DNA of 61,238 bases from the NCBI RefSeq assembly GCF_001194135.2, contig NC_068989.1, positions 83,529,332 through 83,590,569 of the forward strand, in the 5' to 3' direction. A model generated the notes under the pieces. The model saw nothing but the letters and a program-made list of their open reading frames with translations. It did no database searches and had not been told where the DNA came from. A program made the position numbers and the translations under genes. Below are positions 22,788 to 36,095 of the stretch, in pieces; position 1 is the first letter of the stretch; each line of letters opens with the position of its first letter. The stretch comes from Octopus bimaculoides. Taxonomy: Eukaryota.

Positions 22788-22902
22788 TGGATGGCCAGAA
22801 ATGCATAACAATGATGTTCCAGGAGTCGTAGATTTCGAATCTTCCAACATCAAATCCCTTTGCGAAGCTTACCCAACTGAGAATTACACAAAGCAGCAAC
22901 AA

Positions 22903-22942
<40 letters not shown>

Positions 22943-23653
22943 NNNNNNNNNNNNNNNNNNNNNNNNNNNNNNNNNNNNNNNNNNNNNNNNNNNNNNNNNN
23001 NNNNNNNNNNNNNNNNNNNNNNNNNNNNNNNNNNNNNNNNNNNNNNNNNNNNNNNNNNNNNNNNNNNNNNNNNNNNNNNNNNNNNNNNNNNNNNNNNNNN
23101 NNNNNNNNNNNNNNNNNNNNNNNNNNNNNNNNNNNNNNNNNNNNNNNNNNNNNNNNNNNNNNNNNNNNNNNNNNNNNNNNNNNNNNNNNNNNNNNNNNNN
23201 NNNNNNNNNNNNNNNNNNNNNNNNNNNNNNNNNNNNNNNNNNNNNNNNNNNNNNNNNNNNNNNNNNNNNNNNNNNNNNNNNNNNNNNNNNNNNNNNNNNN
23301 NNAATATTTAGCTGAAGATCAGAATAGAGTATTATGTACTCTTAACTGTGAAACAATTGTACTAAATTAACTAAAGGCAAGTGTTTTTTACTCTTCTCTA
23401 TTGTTTTTTGTTCTGTGTGTATCAAAAATATCGCTATCAATCTAGAGTAATAATTTGTAGTTTTGAAATCAGTAGTTCTTTGACTGCTATTTCTGAATTC
23501 TCAGTATGTTGGAGAAGCAGGTTACTGTCAATCCCTATATATTTATGATTATAAATTTTTTACCGAAGAAGGTTTTTTCATACTGAGCTACCCGGCAGAA
23601 TTGTTAATTTTTATTTTTATTACTAATTGATGATTCCCTGCCCTGCATATCTA

Positions 23654-23693
<40 letters not shown>

Positions 23694-23738
23694 CTACGAT
23701 ACCTGGAACATCATTATTTATGCATCTCTGGCCAGCCA
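22788..23738. mobile_element. MITE-like element with ~44-bp TIRs and TA target-site duplication
   Basis: TA|TGGATGGCCAGAAATGCATAACAATGATGTTCCAGGAGTCGTAG at the left and CTACGATACCTGGAACATCATTATTTATGCATCTCTGGCCAGCCA|TA at the right. The interior includes an N gap. Confidence 0.6.
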
Positions 23739-24268
23739 TAAGACCTATCTTGTTATGCAAAAACAAGTTTCGTTGCTGTTTCCTTGTACAAAGTATCTTT
23801 CGCAAGATATTAATCAAAGCCACGGCTATGGATGAAGACATTGAAACAAGATAGCCCGCAATTGCGATTAAACTCGGTATCGGTTGGTTGAGAACCGAAC
23901 TCTTTAACCACACAGCCATAACTAGATTCGTTGCTGCCGCTGCTGCTGCTGCCGTTAATTGTGTTGTTTTTTTTTTGTGTGTCACAGATGGAGCTTTCTC
24001 TTTTGTAATTGGTGCAATAGAAATCGCATTGAGTAATTAAATGGAATGTGGTGGGGGAGAAAGCGAAAGACGTACGCGCGCGAATACACACGCCAGCTAG
24101 AAACCTATCATATATATGCATACATATATATATGCATACATATATATACACACAAGCGCATACATATATAAATATGCACACACACGACGTAAAAATATAC
24201 ATGCGCGCGCATATATATATATATATATACACATACATATATATATACACACACACACACACACAACG

Positions 24269-24299
<31 letters not shown>

Positions 24300-24331
24300 A
24301 CAAATATATACACACACACACACAACGTATA

Positions 24332-24363
<32 letters not shown>

Positions 24364-25189
24364 NNNNNNNNNNNNNNNNNNNNNNNNNNNNNNNNNNNNN
24401 NNNNNNNNNNNNNNNNNNNNNNNNNNNNNNNNNNNNNNNNNNNNNNNNNNNNNNNNNNNNNNNNNNNNNNNNNNNNNNNNNNNNNNNNNNNNNNNNNNNN
24501 NNNNNNNNNNNNNNNNNNNNNNNNNNNNNNNNNNNNNNNNNNNNNNNNNNNNNNNNNNNNNNNNNNNNNNNNNNNNNNNNNNNNNNNNNNNNNNNNNNNN
24601 NNNNNNNNNNNNNNNNNNNNNNNNNNNNNNNNNNNNNNNNNNNNNNNNNNNNNNNNNNNNNNNNNNNNNNNNNNNNNNNNNNNNNNNNNNNNNNNNNNNN
24701 NNNNNNNNNNNNNNNNNNNNNNNNNNNNNNNNNNNNNNNNNNNNNNNNNNNNNNNNNNNNNNNNNNNNNNNNNNNNNNNNNNNNNNNNNNNNNNNNNNNN
24801 NNNNNNNNNNNNNNNNNNNNNNNNNNNNNNNNNNNNNNNNNNNNNNNNNNNNNNNNNNNNNNNNNNNNNNNNNNNNNNNNNNNNNNNNNNNNNNNNNNNN
24901 NNNNNNNNNNNNNNNNNNNNNNNACTACTACTACTACTACTATTACTACTACTACAGTACCATCGGTGCTGTTTTAACTGCTACTTCCATTGTGGATTGG
25001 CTGGCAGGGATCATGACACTAAAGTTTGTGGCGTGGTGTTGGCGGCGGTGGTGATAATGATGATGGTGGTGGAGGTGGCGTTCGATGTTGTCGTAGCAGT
25101 GATTCTGGATGTGGTGATGGTGAAGATTTTTATGGTGCTGGCGGTAGTTGCGAAGGCGCGTGTTTATGGTGTTGCAAACCACATTCTTT

Positions 25190-25402
25190 TCTACTCTAGG
25201 TACAAGGCACGAAATTTTGGGGTGGGTGGGGGGCAGTCGATTAGATCGACCCCAGTACGCAACTGGCGCTTAATTTATCGACCCTGAAACGATGAAAGAC
25301 AAAGTCGACCTTGGCGGAATTTGAACTCAGAATGTAAAGACAGACGAAATACCGCTAAGCATTTCGCCCGACGTGCTGACGTATCTGCCAACTCGTCGCC
25401 TT
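25190..25402 (-). mobile_element. S6 SINE with tail type B
   Basis: Full S6 core; the tail reads ..CCCCAAAATTTCGTGCCTTGTACCTAGAGTAGAAAAG on the minus strand. Confidence 0.85.
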
Positions 25403-25529
25403 CCTTATGACGACTGTTACAAGAAACAGTTTTGCATTGGGCCTCTAGCCCCGTGGTACCACCAGGCAAATGCTTGATGTGTCCATATTTTAAGAACTTG
25501 ATGAATGGGAATAAATACTGCAGTACACT

Positions 25530-25917
25530 GTTGTCGTTGTTGGCACTCCGTCGCTTACGTCGTCGAGGGTTCCAGTTGATCCGATCAACGGAACAGCCTG
25601 CTGTGAAATTAACGTGCAAGTGGTTGAGCACTCCACAGACACGTGTACCCTTAACGTAGTTCTCAGGGATATTCAGCGTGACACGGTGTGACAAGGCTGA
25701 CCCTTTGAATTACAGGCACAACAGAAACAGGAAGTAAGAGTGAGAGAAAGTTGTGGTTGAAGAGTTCAGCAGGGTTCGCCACCATCCCCTGCCGGAGCCT
25801 CGTGGAGCTTTTAGGTGTTTTCGCTCAATAAACACTCACAATGCCCGGTCTGGGAATCGAAACCACGATCCTATGACCGCGAGTCCACTGCCCTAACCAC
25901 TGGGCCATTGCGCCTCC
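25530..25917 (-). mobile_element. Chimeric SINE S3 (S4-type head and body, S2-type tail) with a 13-bp TSD
   Basis: ACTGCAGTACACT occurs at 25517-25529 and 25918-25930. The head matches 3990-4166 and the tail matches 21820-21960 and 30170-30337. Confidence 0.9.
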
Positions 25918-26114
25918 ACTGCAGTACACTACATTAGTGTTATTGTTATTGTTGTGGTGGTGGTGGTGGTGGTGGTGTGAATTTATGGAAGTTGTATAAT
26001 ACGTATTCCAGTATCGACTCAGTCGATAGAAGAACTATTCATAATACTAAGAGAAGTATTTTGCCCTGGAATGGTGACAGCACAAATAATCACAATCGCA
26101 TTAGGTCTGTCATA

Positions 26115-26290
26115 GTTAATCATCATCATCATCAGCGTCGTCCATGTTTGCATGGGTTGGACGGTTTGACAGGATCCTAACAAGTATGAGGACAGCGTTG
26201 TGTTCCAACGTCTGCTTTGGCAAGGTTCCCACGGCCAGGTAGGCACTAACACTTGTAAGGTTGCCATACAATTTGCAAGACAACAAAAGC
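26115..26290 (-). mobile_element. Possible RTE-type retroposon 3' end with (GAT)n tail
   Basis: (CAT)n followed by CCATGTTTGCATGGGTTGGACGGTTTGACAGG, resembling RTE-associated tails as I recall them. Confidence 0.4.
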
Positions 26291-27003
26291 CAAGTTTCGT
26301 GTTACATTCTTTCCATTAAACCTTGCGTCAAAATGTTGTGCAGAAATAAAATCTGTGTTGCAGATAGCATCCCTGAGTTACTAACTTCAATCATCATAAT
26401 AGGATCGGTTTCAAAATTTGGCACAGAACCAGCAAATTTAGGGGAGGGGTCTAGACGATAGAATTGACCCTAGTACCCAACTGGTACCTACTTTATCGAC
26501 CTGGAATGTATCTCATCGAATAATAATATCACGTGCTCACAGCTAAACATTATTGTACAACAGAATTATGTTCTTAATAATCTGGTAGCTATGGAGGATA
26601 TGCTTCGCTAAAGATATCTGGGAAAACTGAAATACACCGGTAGTTATCGCCCATACTTGGTAATATTGGATTTAAAATAATATTTCTCGTCAGCTCATGT
26701 ACTATTAATTAATTAGCAATTTCCCCTCACAACATTAAATATGAGGGATCTAATTTGATTGGCACTATACTTAGGCGGTTTTAATCGTTATTTGAGTTTG
26801 TAGCTATCAACTTACAGATAATTATACGGAGGTGACCTAAAACGAACAGACAGAAGTAGATATATAGATAGATAGATAGATAGATAGATATGCACAGATA
26901 GATNNNNNNNNNNNNNNNNNNNNNNNNNNNNNNNNNNNNNNNNNNNNNNNNNNNNNNNNNNNNNNNNNNNNNNNNNNNNNNNNNNNNNNNNNNNNNNNNN
27001 NNN

Positions 27004-27047
<44 letters not shown>

Positions 27048-27217
27048 GCTACACAGATACATTTCTTTTATTAGCCACACAGGGCTCAACGAGGATGGGA
27101 CAAAGCTACACAGATAGATAGATATAGATATATATAGCTAGACAGACAGACAGACAGATTTTATGAGAGAAAGAGTAATTAAAGTAGAACTGAATTACAA
27201 TACATAATTCCTCTCTC

Positions 27218-27324
<107 letters not shown>

Positions 27325-27769
27325 TGTGAAATTGACCTAAAATTATTTTCTCAGCTTTGCATTTCATTTGTGGAGCAAACAAAGGTGGGAGGGAAGCTAA
27401 TATTTGTCGCCTGTGTCTACAATTAGCATTTGACTGTTAAAGGGGGGAAGGGTTTGGTATCACTAACATGGTTCACTGAACTGTACCAATAGCTAGTCAT
27501 TAGTATAACAATCAACATTTTTACATACACAATGACTATAGAGAAACGGTTTCGCTTGGATCGATGAAATAAGTTCACATTCTGTAATAATAGTTATATA
27601 TTTAATAATATTCACTACTGTTCTATTGACCTGCTGTTACAGTAGTTATTAGTGGACCAAGCCATCTGTATTTTATGCAAGAATTCACCATGCTTCAGTG
27701 ATTTCATTAACGCCTGATGTTTAATTGTGCTAGAGTCTGTTATGTTAGCCAGTTGTTGATAGAGTAAGC

Positions 27770-27960
27770 GAAACGGGTGTCAAGATGACAGAAACGTTAA
27801 AGCGTCAGGCAAAATGCTTTGTAGTATTTCTCCCTTCCCTTTATATTCTGAGTTTAAATACCACCGAGGTGGTATTTAAGACTTCGCCTTTCATCCCTCC
27901 AGGGTCGTTAAAATATCGGTCATGTACTAGGGTCGATGGTGTCAAGTTTCTGTTATTTAA
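27770..27960 (+). mobile_element. S6 SINE, diverged
   Basis: TGACAGAAACGTTAAAGCGTCAGGCAAAATGC..TTCTGAGTTTAAATACCACCGAGGT..TTCGCCTTTCATCC. Confidence 0.7.
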
Positions 27961-28764
27961 CCCCAAATCATCCCGTATCGAGTAGACCTATTATTGAAAA
28001 CATTCCATCCTATCTGCGGTTATGAATATTTGCCAGGATCACGTACCATTTTCTAAAACGGAGTGGTGTGGTTTGAAGGATATTTGGCCGCCATTTTTTA
28101 AAATCCATATTCCATGATAGACTTGGTGTCCTGTCATCGTTTCACTATCTGGTTTCGAATCATATCCAATCCAATCCAATCAATAAAACAAGGTACTAGT
28201 AAAATATTCGGGGATGGGTAATTAGATACAGTCGACAGTATCTCCCCTTCTCTGACGATTAGGTATTGTATTAATTATGATTATTGAATTGCCATTGGCG
28301 ATAGCGCGTCAGACAAAAGTAGGTCATGGTTTGAGTTCGAATCTCAACGAGTTAACTTGTCAAGAATACAACGCGCTCGATCCGGGAATCGAAACCAAGA
28401 TCTAGCGGTCCTGAGTACAACACTTTAACCACAAAGCACACATTTTCACTGTCCGGGGCTTTAGGGTAGTGATAAAATAGGTACCAGTTATACACTGGAT
28501 CTATATAATTAGCTACAGCACAACACCTTTTACTTTTTCTTTTTGGCAGAATTGGTAGAGCGCCGGACACAACGCTTTATGATCCGAGCTCAAATACTGG
28601 AGCGATAAACTTTATATTTCATCTTTGTAGAATCGATGAAATAGAATAGCAGTGATGTAATGGGGGAGGGGGTTATTATTGACTACAGCGCCACATAGGT
28701 ATTGCGGGTTTGTTAGAAGTGAAAAGGCGCGAGAAAGAGGAGTAAGCATGCAGTGGTAGGTAGA

Positions 28765-28910
28765 TAGACAGAGAGAGAGAGACAGAGAGAGAGAGACAGA
28801 GAGAGACAGACAGAGAGACAGACAGAGAGACAGAGTGAGAGAGAGACAGAGAGAGAGAGAGACAAAGAAAGAGAGACAGAGTGAGAGAGAGACAGAGAGA
28901 GACAGAGTGA

Positions 28911-28941
<31 letters not shown>

Positions 28942-29770
28942 AGACAGAGACAGAGAGAGAGAAAGACAGAGACAGAGAGAGAGAAAGACAGAGACAGAGA
29001 GAGAGAAAGACAGAGAAAGAGAGAGACACACACAGAGAAAGAGAGAGACACACACAGAGAAAGAGAGAGACACACAGAGAGAGAGAGACAGAGAGAGAGA
29101 GAGAGACACACACAGAGAGAGAGACACACAGAGAGAGAGAGACACACAGAGAGAGAGAGACACAGAGAGAGAGACACACAGAGAGAGAGAGACACACAGA
29201 GAGAGAGAGACACAGAGAGAGAGAGACACACACACACAGAGAGAGACACACACAGAGAGAGAGACACACAGAGAGAGAGAGACACACACACACAGAGAGA
29301 GACACACAGAGAGAAAGAGAGACACACAGAGAGAAAGAGAGAGAGAGAGAGAGACACAGAGAGAGAGAGAGAGACAGAGAGAGAGAGAGACACAGAGAGA
29401 GAGAGACAGAGAGAGACACACAGAGAGAGACACACAGAGAGAGACACAGAGAGAGAGACAGAGAGAGACAGAGACAGAGAGAGACAGAGAGGGAGACACA
29501 GAGAGAGACAGAGAGNNNNNNNNNNAGAGAGAGACACACAGAGAGAGACACAGAGAGAGAGACAGAGAGAGACAGAGACAGAGAGAGACAGAGAGGGAGA
29601 CACAGAGAGAGACACAGAGAGAGACAGAGACAGAGACAGAGACAGAGAGAGAGAGACACAGAGAGAGAGACACAGAGAGACATAGAGAGAGACAGAGAGA
29701 CTGAGAGTGAGAGAGAGAGACAGAGAGAGACAGAGAGAGACAGAGAAAGACAGACAGACAGACAGACAGT
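28765..29770. repeat. ~1-kb complex (GA)/(CA) purine-strand microsatellite
   Basis: Continuous GAGAGACACA/GAGACA units. Confidence 0.95.
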
Positions 29771-29849
29771 AATTAAAGGGGTAGGAGGGAAGGAGTAGTA
29801 GTAGAAAGACATGGAGAAGAGAGAATGGAGAGAGAAAGAGAGAGAGAAT

Positions 29850-29897
<48 letters not shown>

Positions 29898-30019
29898 TTG
29901 CTGAGTGAAGAAGTGATAGAGTAATAAAAGAACGAAGAGAGGGGCGGTAGGAGTGGCATTAAGAGATAAAAAGAGAGTGAGTGAGTGAGTGAGTGATCGA
30001 GAGCTTGTGTGTGAGTGAA

Positions 30020-30337
30020 GACGCGTGGCCAAGTGGTTAGGGTATTCGGCTCGCGAGTGTGAGGTCGTGAGTTCGATTCCCGGCGGCGCGTTGTGCCTGT
30101 CTTTGCGCAGGACGCTTTATTTCATGTTGCTCCAGTCCAATCAGCTGGCAAAAATGAGTTGGACCTGAATTTCAAAAGGTCCAGCTTCGTCACATTCCGT
30201 GTCATGCTGAATTTCCCTGAAAACTACGTTAAGGGCACACGTGTCTGCGGAGCACTCATCCACTTGCGCATTAATTTCGTGCTACGTTGGTCGGATAAAC
30301 TGGAACCTTCGTCGTCGTCGTAAGCGACGGAGTACCA
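30020..30337 (+). mobile_element. Full-length S2 SINE
   Basis: GACGCGTGGCCAAGTGGTTAGGG..GAGTTCGATTCCCGG..(GTC)nGTAAGCGACGGAGTACCA. Confidence 0.9.
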
Positions 30338-32059
30338 GTTTGTGTATGTGCGTCTGTATGTATGTGTGTGTGTATGTATACATGTGTATGTATGTGTGTA
30401 TGTGTGTGCATGTATGTGTGTGTATGTATGTGTATGGATGTATATATATGTATATGTATGTATATATGTATATGTATGGATGTATGTATGTTTGTATACG
30501 TGTGTATGTATGTGTGTATGTGTGTGTATGTATGCATGTGCATGTATGTGCGTGTATGTGTGTGTATGTATGTATGTATGTATGTATATGTATGTATGTA
30601 TATGTATGTATGTATATGTATGTATNNNNNNNNNNNNNNNNNNNNNNNNNNNNNNNNNNNNNNNNNNNNNNNNNNNNNNNNNNNNNNNNNNNNNNNNNNN
30701 NNNNNNNNNNNNNNNNNNNNNNNNNNNNNNNNNNNNNNNNNNNNNNNNNNNNNNNNNNNNNNNNNNNNNNNNNNNNNNNNNNNNNNNNNNNNNNNNNNNN
30801 NNNNNNNNNNNNNNNNNNNNNNNNNNNNNNNNNNNNNNNNTATGTATGTATATGTATGTATGTATATGTATGTATGTATATGTATGTATGTATATGTATG
30901 TATGTATATGTATGTATGTATATGTATGTATATGTATGTATATATGTATATGTATGGATGTATGTATGTGTGTATGTATGTATGTGTGTGTGTGGGCGTG
31001 CGCGCGCGCGCGAATATAACCGAAATAAAAAAAGTAAGGTAGAGGGAGAGAAAGAAGAATAAGGCGGGAAAAGAAATTACAGAGAAAACAGTAAAAGAGA
31101 GTGGGGGGGTGTATGAATGTATGCGTGTGTAAGTATACAGGTGTGGGGGAAAACGGTGAAGGAGGGGGGTATAGGAAGAGAAGAGGTAGAAGAATAAGAA
31201 GAAAGATATAGAAAGAGAGAGAAAAGATAGGGAGAGAGGGAAGGAGGGAGGAAAGCAACAGTTTAAAATGAAATTTCCGTNNNNNNNNNNACTGTTGTTT
31301 TCTTATTAGTATGCACTAATTAATACAAATATAAACATGAATACTTTAATACAACAGTCACATGATTTCAATCGTTGTAATTAATTATAGAAACAGTCTT
31401 ATTTTTAAACTAATTTTTTTTTTGTATTAATTAGTTTCGGCTGTGAATTCGAATCCAACCAAAGTGAGATCGATAAGATCAAAAACCAGTCATACACTGG
31501 GGGAGGGGTTGCTTTAATCAACTGTTTATTGTCTCCCAGGTTTCTTCAACCAAAAAGACTGCCGAGCCTCAGACGAAAACTTTGAAATATTCCTTCCCTC
31601 GCTTTACATTTTAAGTTCAAATCCTACCAAGGTTAACTTTGTTTTTTTTTTTTTCATTCCGCCGGGGTCGATAAATTAAAGTACCAGTCATGTACTAGGG
31701 TCAATGATAGCAAGTAGTCCCTTTCCTTCGAAATTTTTTGCCTTGTGTCTAAATCATAAATGTTATTGTTCATTCCGAACAACTTTCTTTAGTGTTGCTT
31801 AAGCTTTAAGAGATTAAGGAGAGGAAAACTGCCACCGGCCACAATCTTGTGAGGTGTGCTGGCCCCAGTTGAAAGATATTATGATGGCACAGCATCACAT
31901 ATTGATTCTATGATTGGAGGGTTGGGTTATGATACATCTGTCGCCGTCCCCGACGTGAATGGACAAAGGACGAAAAAGGACTAAATAAAGTTGAGGCAAA
32001 ATTAGCCTTTCAGCCTTCATGAATGAGTTGGTCAAATAAAGGCAACATGCAAAATACTG

Positions 32060-32278
32060 ATTTCAAATTTTAGCACAAGGCCAGCAATTTCAGGGGAGGA
32101 TGTTAGTCGATTAAATCGATCCCAGTGCTCAACAGGTACTTGTATTTATCGGTCCCCAAAAAGGATGAAAGGCAGAGTCAACCTCGGCGGAATTTGAACT
32201 CAGAACGTAAAGACGGACGAAATGCCGCTGAGCATTTTGCCCGTTGTGCTAACGATTCGCCCAGCTCACGACCTTATT
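32060..32278 (-). mobile_element. S6 SINE with tail type C
   Basis: Full S6 core; the tail reads CCTCCCCTGAAATTGCTGGCCTTGTGCTAAAATTTGAAATC on the minus strand. Confidence 0.85.
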
Positions 32279-32812
32279 AAATAATGGGATCTCTTTAAAC
32301 GAGTGATCCCTCTCCCTTCAAATGCGTGGCTTCATATCTATTAGAAATCTTTGTTTTATAGAACAGTGTTAGCGTACCCATGGCAAGTCCTCTCTCACTG
32401 AGCAAACATATGTTAAGCCTGATGTCCTCTAAGTTGACGTCAACAGAATGAGAAAGTAGACAGCACGGGCCAATGAGGATGCCGCTATGTGGCGGCTAGA
32501 CTTGCGAGAAACAGCAGTCAAATTTCCCATTTGCACCCCACTTCTTAAAGAAAAAAAATAAATAAACGAACGTCATCTTGGATAGTGTAGTTCAGGGATA
32601 TATTATATCTAAAACAAAACGACGGGATAGTCATGCTTGGAATAAATTTTATGATACATCTGCTCATTCAAAACCGCCTGTGCTAAATAATGCTAGCAAC
32701 AAGTGCGCAAGAATGGTTGCAGCTGAGGGGAGGAGGTTTTGGATACAGTCTCTGACTAAGAGAAAATATGTGGTGGTGGTTTTGTTGTTTGGACGGACAT
32801 AAATACTTTGTG

Positions 32813-32846
<34 letters not shown>

Positions 32847-32859
32847 NNNNNNNNNNGTG

Positions 32860-32893
<34 letters not shown>

Positions 32894-34411
32894 CTAGCTT
32901 TGTGGACAGGAAAAAGGAAAAACACTAGTAACACTGACAAAGTACATATATGCACACATTATATAGCATTATATTATAAATATATAAGGCGGTGAAGTGA
33001 CAGAATTATTAGGAAGCCGGACAAAATGCCTAGTGATGTTCCATCGGGTTTTACAAGCAGAGTTCAAATTTTACAGAATTCGACTTTGCTTTTATTGAGC
33101 ACAGGACCGGTCCTGTGTAATCGACTATCCCCTGTCCCCCAAAATTTCAGAGTTGTAGCTATAGTCGAAAGGAATGTATACTGTATATGTTTAATCGTAT
33201 ATGTACACATGTATGTTAACTTTTTGCTAAGTTTTAACAATTCTGCTGTCTCTTGTAATCTTAAATACCGTCACAGGAAAAACTTAGATCGAGAGATGAA
33301 GTCTATAGCTTATAGATTCAGAGAATCGATATCGTGGTCTATAGTTCAATGCTAGTAGTTTGATCCAAAAATGGTGAGTATATGAAATATTACAGCATAT
33401 AGACTGATCCACAAACAGGATGTATAACACATACCCATTACATCATAGCTAAAAGAATACGCGTGGCCGTTGCATGGACGAGTAACCGGAGTAATGTATG
33501 TAATGGTTTCTCTTGGGTATTAAAGAAAGCAGTACTTGATTCTGGGTCTGGGGGTATAGTATAAAGCGAACTTATACTATATTGGAAGAGGGCCAGTCAA
33601 TCATACTGACCTCAGTACTTGAATGGTACTTTATTTTATCGACCTCGAAAGGATGAAAAATAAAGTTCGCGTCAACTAGATTTGAACTCAGAATGTAAAA
33701 CATGCAAGCGTTTATAAGGAAAGAAGACTGCGAAATTGACCCCAATAGATAACTGGTTGTTATTTTATTGACCATGAAATAAATAACGGACTCTGAGGAG
33801 TCTCACATAAGCTGAGGGTGTTGCTAGAAATAGCAACCAAATCTTCCTCAGATCACGCTCTACAATCTTTTTGAAAAAGACATCAATGGATAACCTAGTT
33901 CTACATTCACTGAATAAAAATGGAACGGTCATGCTTGGAATGTTTGATAATCGGTCTGCTTGAATAAGGAAGGATTTGGGACTGAACAAACGATTAAAGA
34001 TATAGTAACTGCTACCGCTGCTGCTGCTGCTGCTGCTGCTGCTAACTATCTACTGTGACAAGTGAACGATGGATCCGCTATGGATCGCCCTGTTAATAGC
34101 TGCTAAACATCCTTCAAACACAACGAGACCGTCTTCAATAAATAAATATAACTTTAGATACATTATACCTGGATATTAGATGGGATGGTCACGACAGAGA
34201 CGTCGTTAGTCATAGATATGCTGGATCAAAAAACTATTCCAACAGCCCTATGATCAAAGATATTTCAGTAATTTTCATCTCAGCGAGAGTCATAGTGAAT
34301 CTAGGACTACATAGACGTTTTTAAGACATAATGGGTTTTTTAAGGTGATTTGGGTGCTATTTCTAGCAAATCAAATAACCACCTAGTAGAGCGTGTGACT
34401 GAGTCAGTATG

Positions 34412-34456
<45 letters not shown>

Positions 34457-36054
34457 AACTGTTTTCTCGAAGGCACATATTGTCGTGAACTGCTCGAAAT
34501 GTGGAGTAGATAAGCAGCCGACAACTGATGAAGAGTCGTTCTTTATGTTACTTGTCTTGTTTTCCATTTGTTTATCGCGTTGTTCGCAAAAAAAAGTTTG
34601 TCTTCGTATATCACAAAATTAAAATCCTTCGTTTAAAACAAAGAACACATATGAAGAATTGAAGAATTCTCACGTCTGAAGACAAAATAGCAATTCCTAG
34701 CATCAAAAAAAATTTAAACGCAACACCCGAGAGCGAAGTCTTATAAACCCTTATGGCGGATGTGAAAGTCTACGAATGTTAACGTCTTGGAGTAGTTGAA
34801 TCGTTTATCTTGGAACCATATAGCTGCTTTGTTCTTGAGGGGTTCTCATGTCTGAAAATAACCACCTCCGTCCCTCCGATCAATACTTCAGTTCTAAAAG
34901 TGCTGTAGCATCTCCTCATGGCTAAACCACAAAAGATAACTGCCTAATCTTTCAGGCAGCGTCGCCAATTTTTAGTTGAGAACTAAATAAAGGAGAATGG
35001 ATGTGGTCGCACGATCTGCTAGAAGAAGCAGATAAATTTCCCTCAGCCCAACGTCTTAAAAAAAAAAAGACATTGGATAATGTAGTATGATGTACACTAT
35101 GTCTGGAAGGCCACAGATGGAATGGAGCTAAACAACAATATCCTAGAGATTATATGACCCATGGTGGGAAGATCTATGAAGTTGTAATATGAAGACTGAG
35201 TTTTACGCAACCATCGCATCCCTGGTTCAAATCATTGTAGTCCAGAGTAGCCAGGGAAAGGCAGGAATTGTTTCTTGATTGCTAACTCTAGTAATTTAAC
35301 AGCTAATATTCCCTTTATTAAGTCTCTATTGAGTTATAACATGGACCTTGTATGTAGTCATATGACAGTGATAACGACTATAAAAGGAGTCGTCTTACTC
35401 ACTTGTAGCTGTTGCATATCCCTTGTCTCTCTTCTTTGCAATATGGATAATATGAACCAGCGAGTGAACTTCTAATTAGTCGATTGATTTGCTATATGTA
35501 ATAGTTAACAGCTAAATAGCTCGCCGCATTACCCTTCAAACATTTTTCAAAATAAGGAATGCAAATGAGTCAATGAGCAGCCTATACGTGGTCATGCAGC
35601 GTGTTAGATATAATAGCCAAATGTTTCTATAAAACACCCTACCAAGGAAGCTTTGCATAATATGGTTAGTCTTATAGATATAGTATGTCAGAGAAAAGAC
35701 TATATAGTCATGGCTGGAATATTTTTTACTATTGCCCCATCCCTTCAGAGATGACCTAGGGTTAAACAAAAGAAAAGAGATGGTTCCTCAACTAGTTGAA
35801 AGCCCGACAATTATTTATTTTGCCGTATCTGTCATATTGTTTGCAGTGAACTGTGTCACGAATTTGCTCCAGCTGGGCTTGGCCGAGACGAAAAAAAACC
35901 AACTACTACTACGGACACCACCATCCACACCACCACCAGTAGTAGTAGTAGTAGTAGTAGTAGTGTTGCTGCTGCTGCTGACAGCTGCTCTTATTTAAAT
36001 TTCGCTCTAGACTCATTTCGCAATCTTGTGACCAAAGTGATAACACTTCAATAG

Positions 36055-36095
36055 ATACTCTATGAAGAAGGACAAATATCCGAAACGTTAACGAT
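36055..36095 (+). ncRNA. Degenerate minimal hammerhead-like motif
   Basis: CT[AT]GAAGA-A-GGAC(AAAT)ATCC-GAAAC-GTT, with the palindromic AACGTT. The core and stems carry mismatches. Confidence 0.4.

Noticed and set aside
26590-26640. Minus-strand TTTCAG acceptor followed by FPDIFSEA
   Set aside because: Lacks the N-M/L codons, has the wrong phase and hits a stop; coincidental similarity to FPxNLVEA.
35398-35475. Minus-strand GTGAGT donor with a 69-nt open AG-bounded segment, tested as the next EAAT exon
   Set aside because: No NMFP-like peptide in any frame and a poor polypyrimidine tract.
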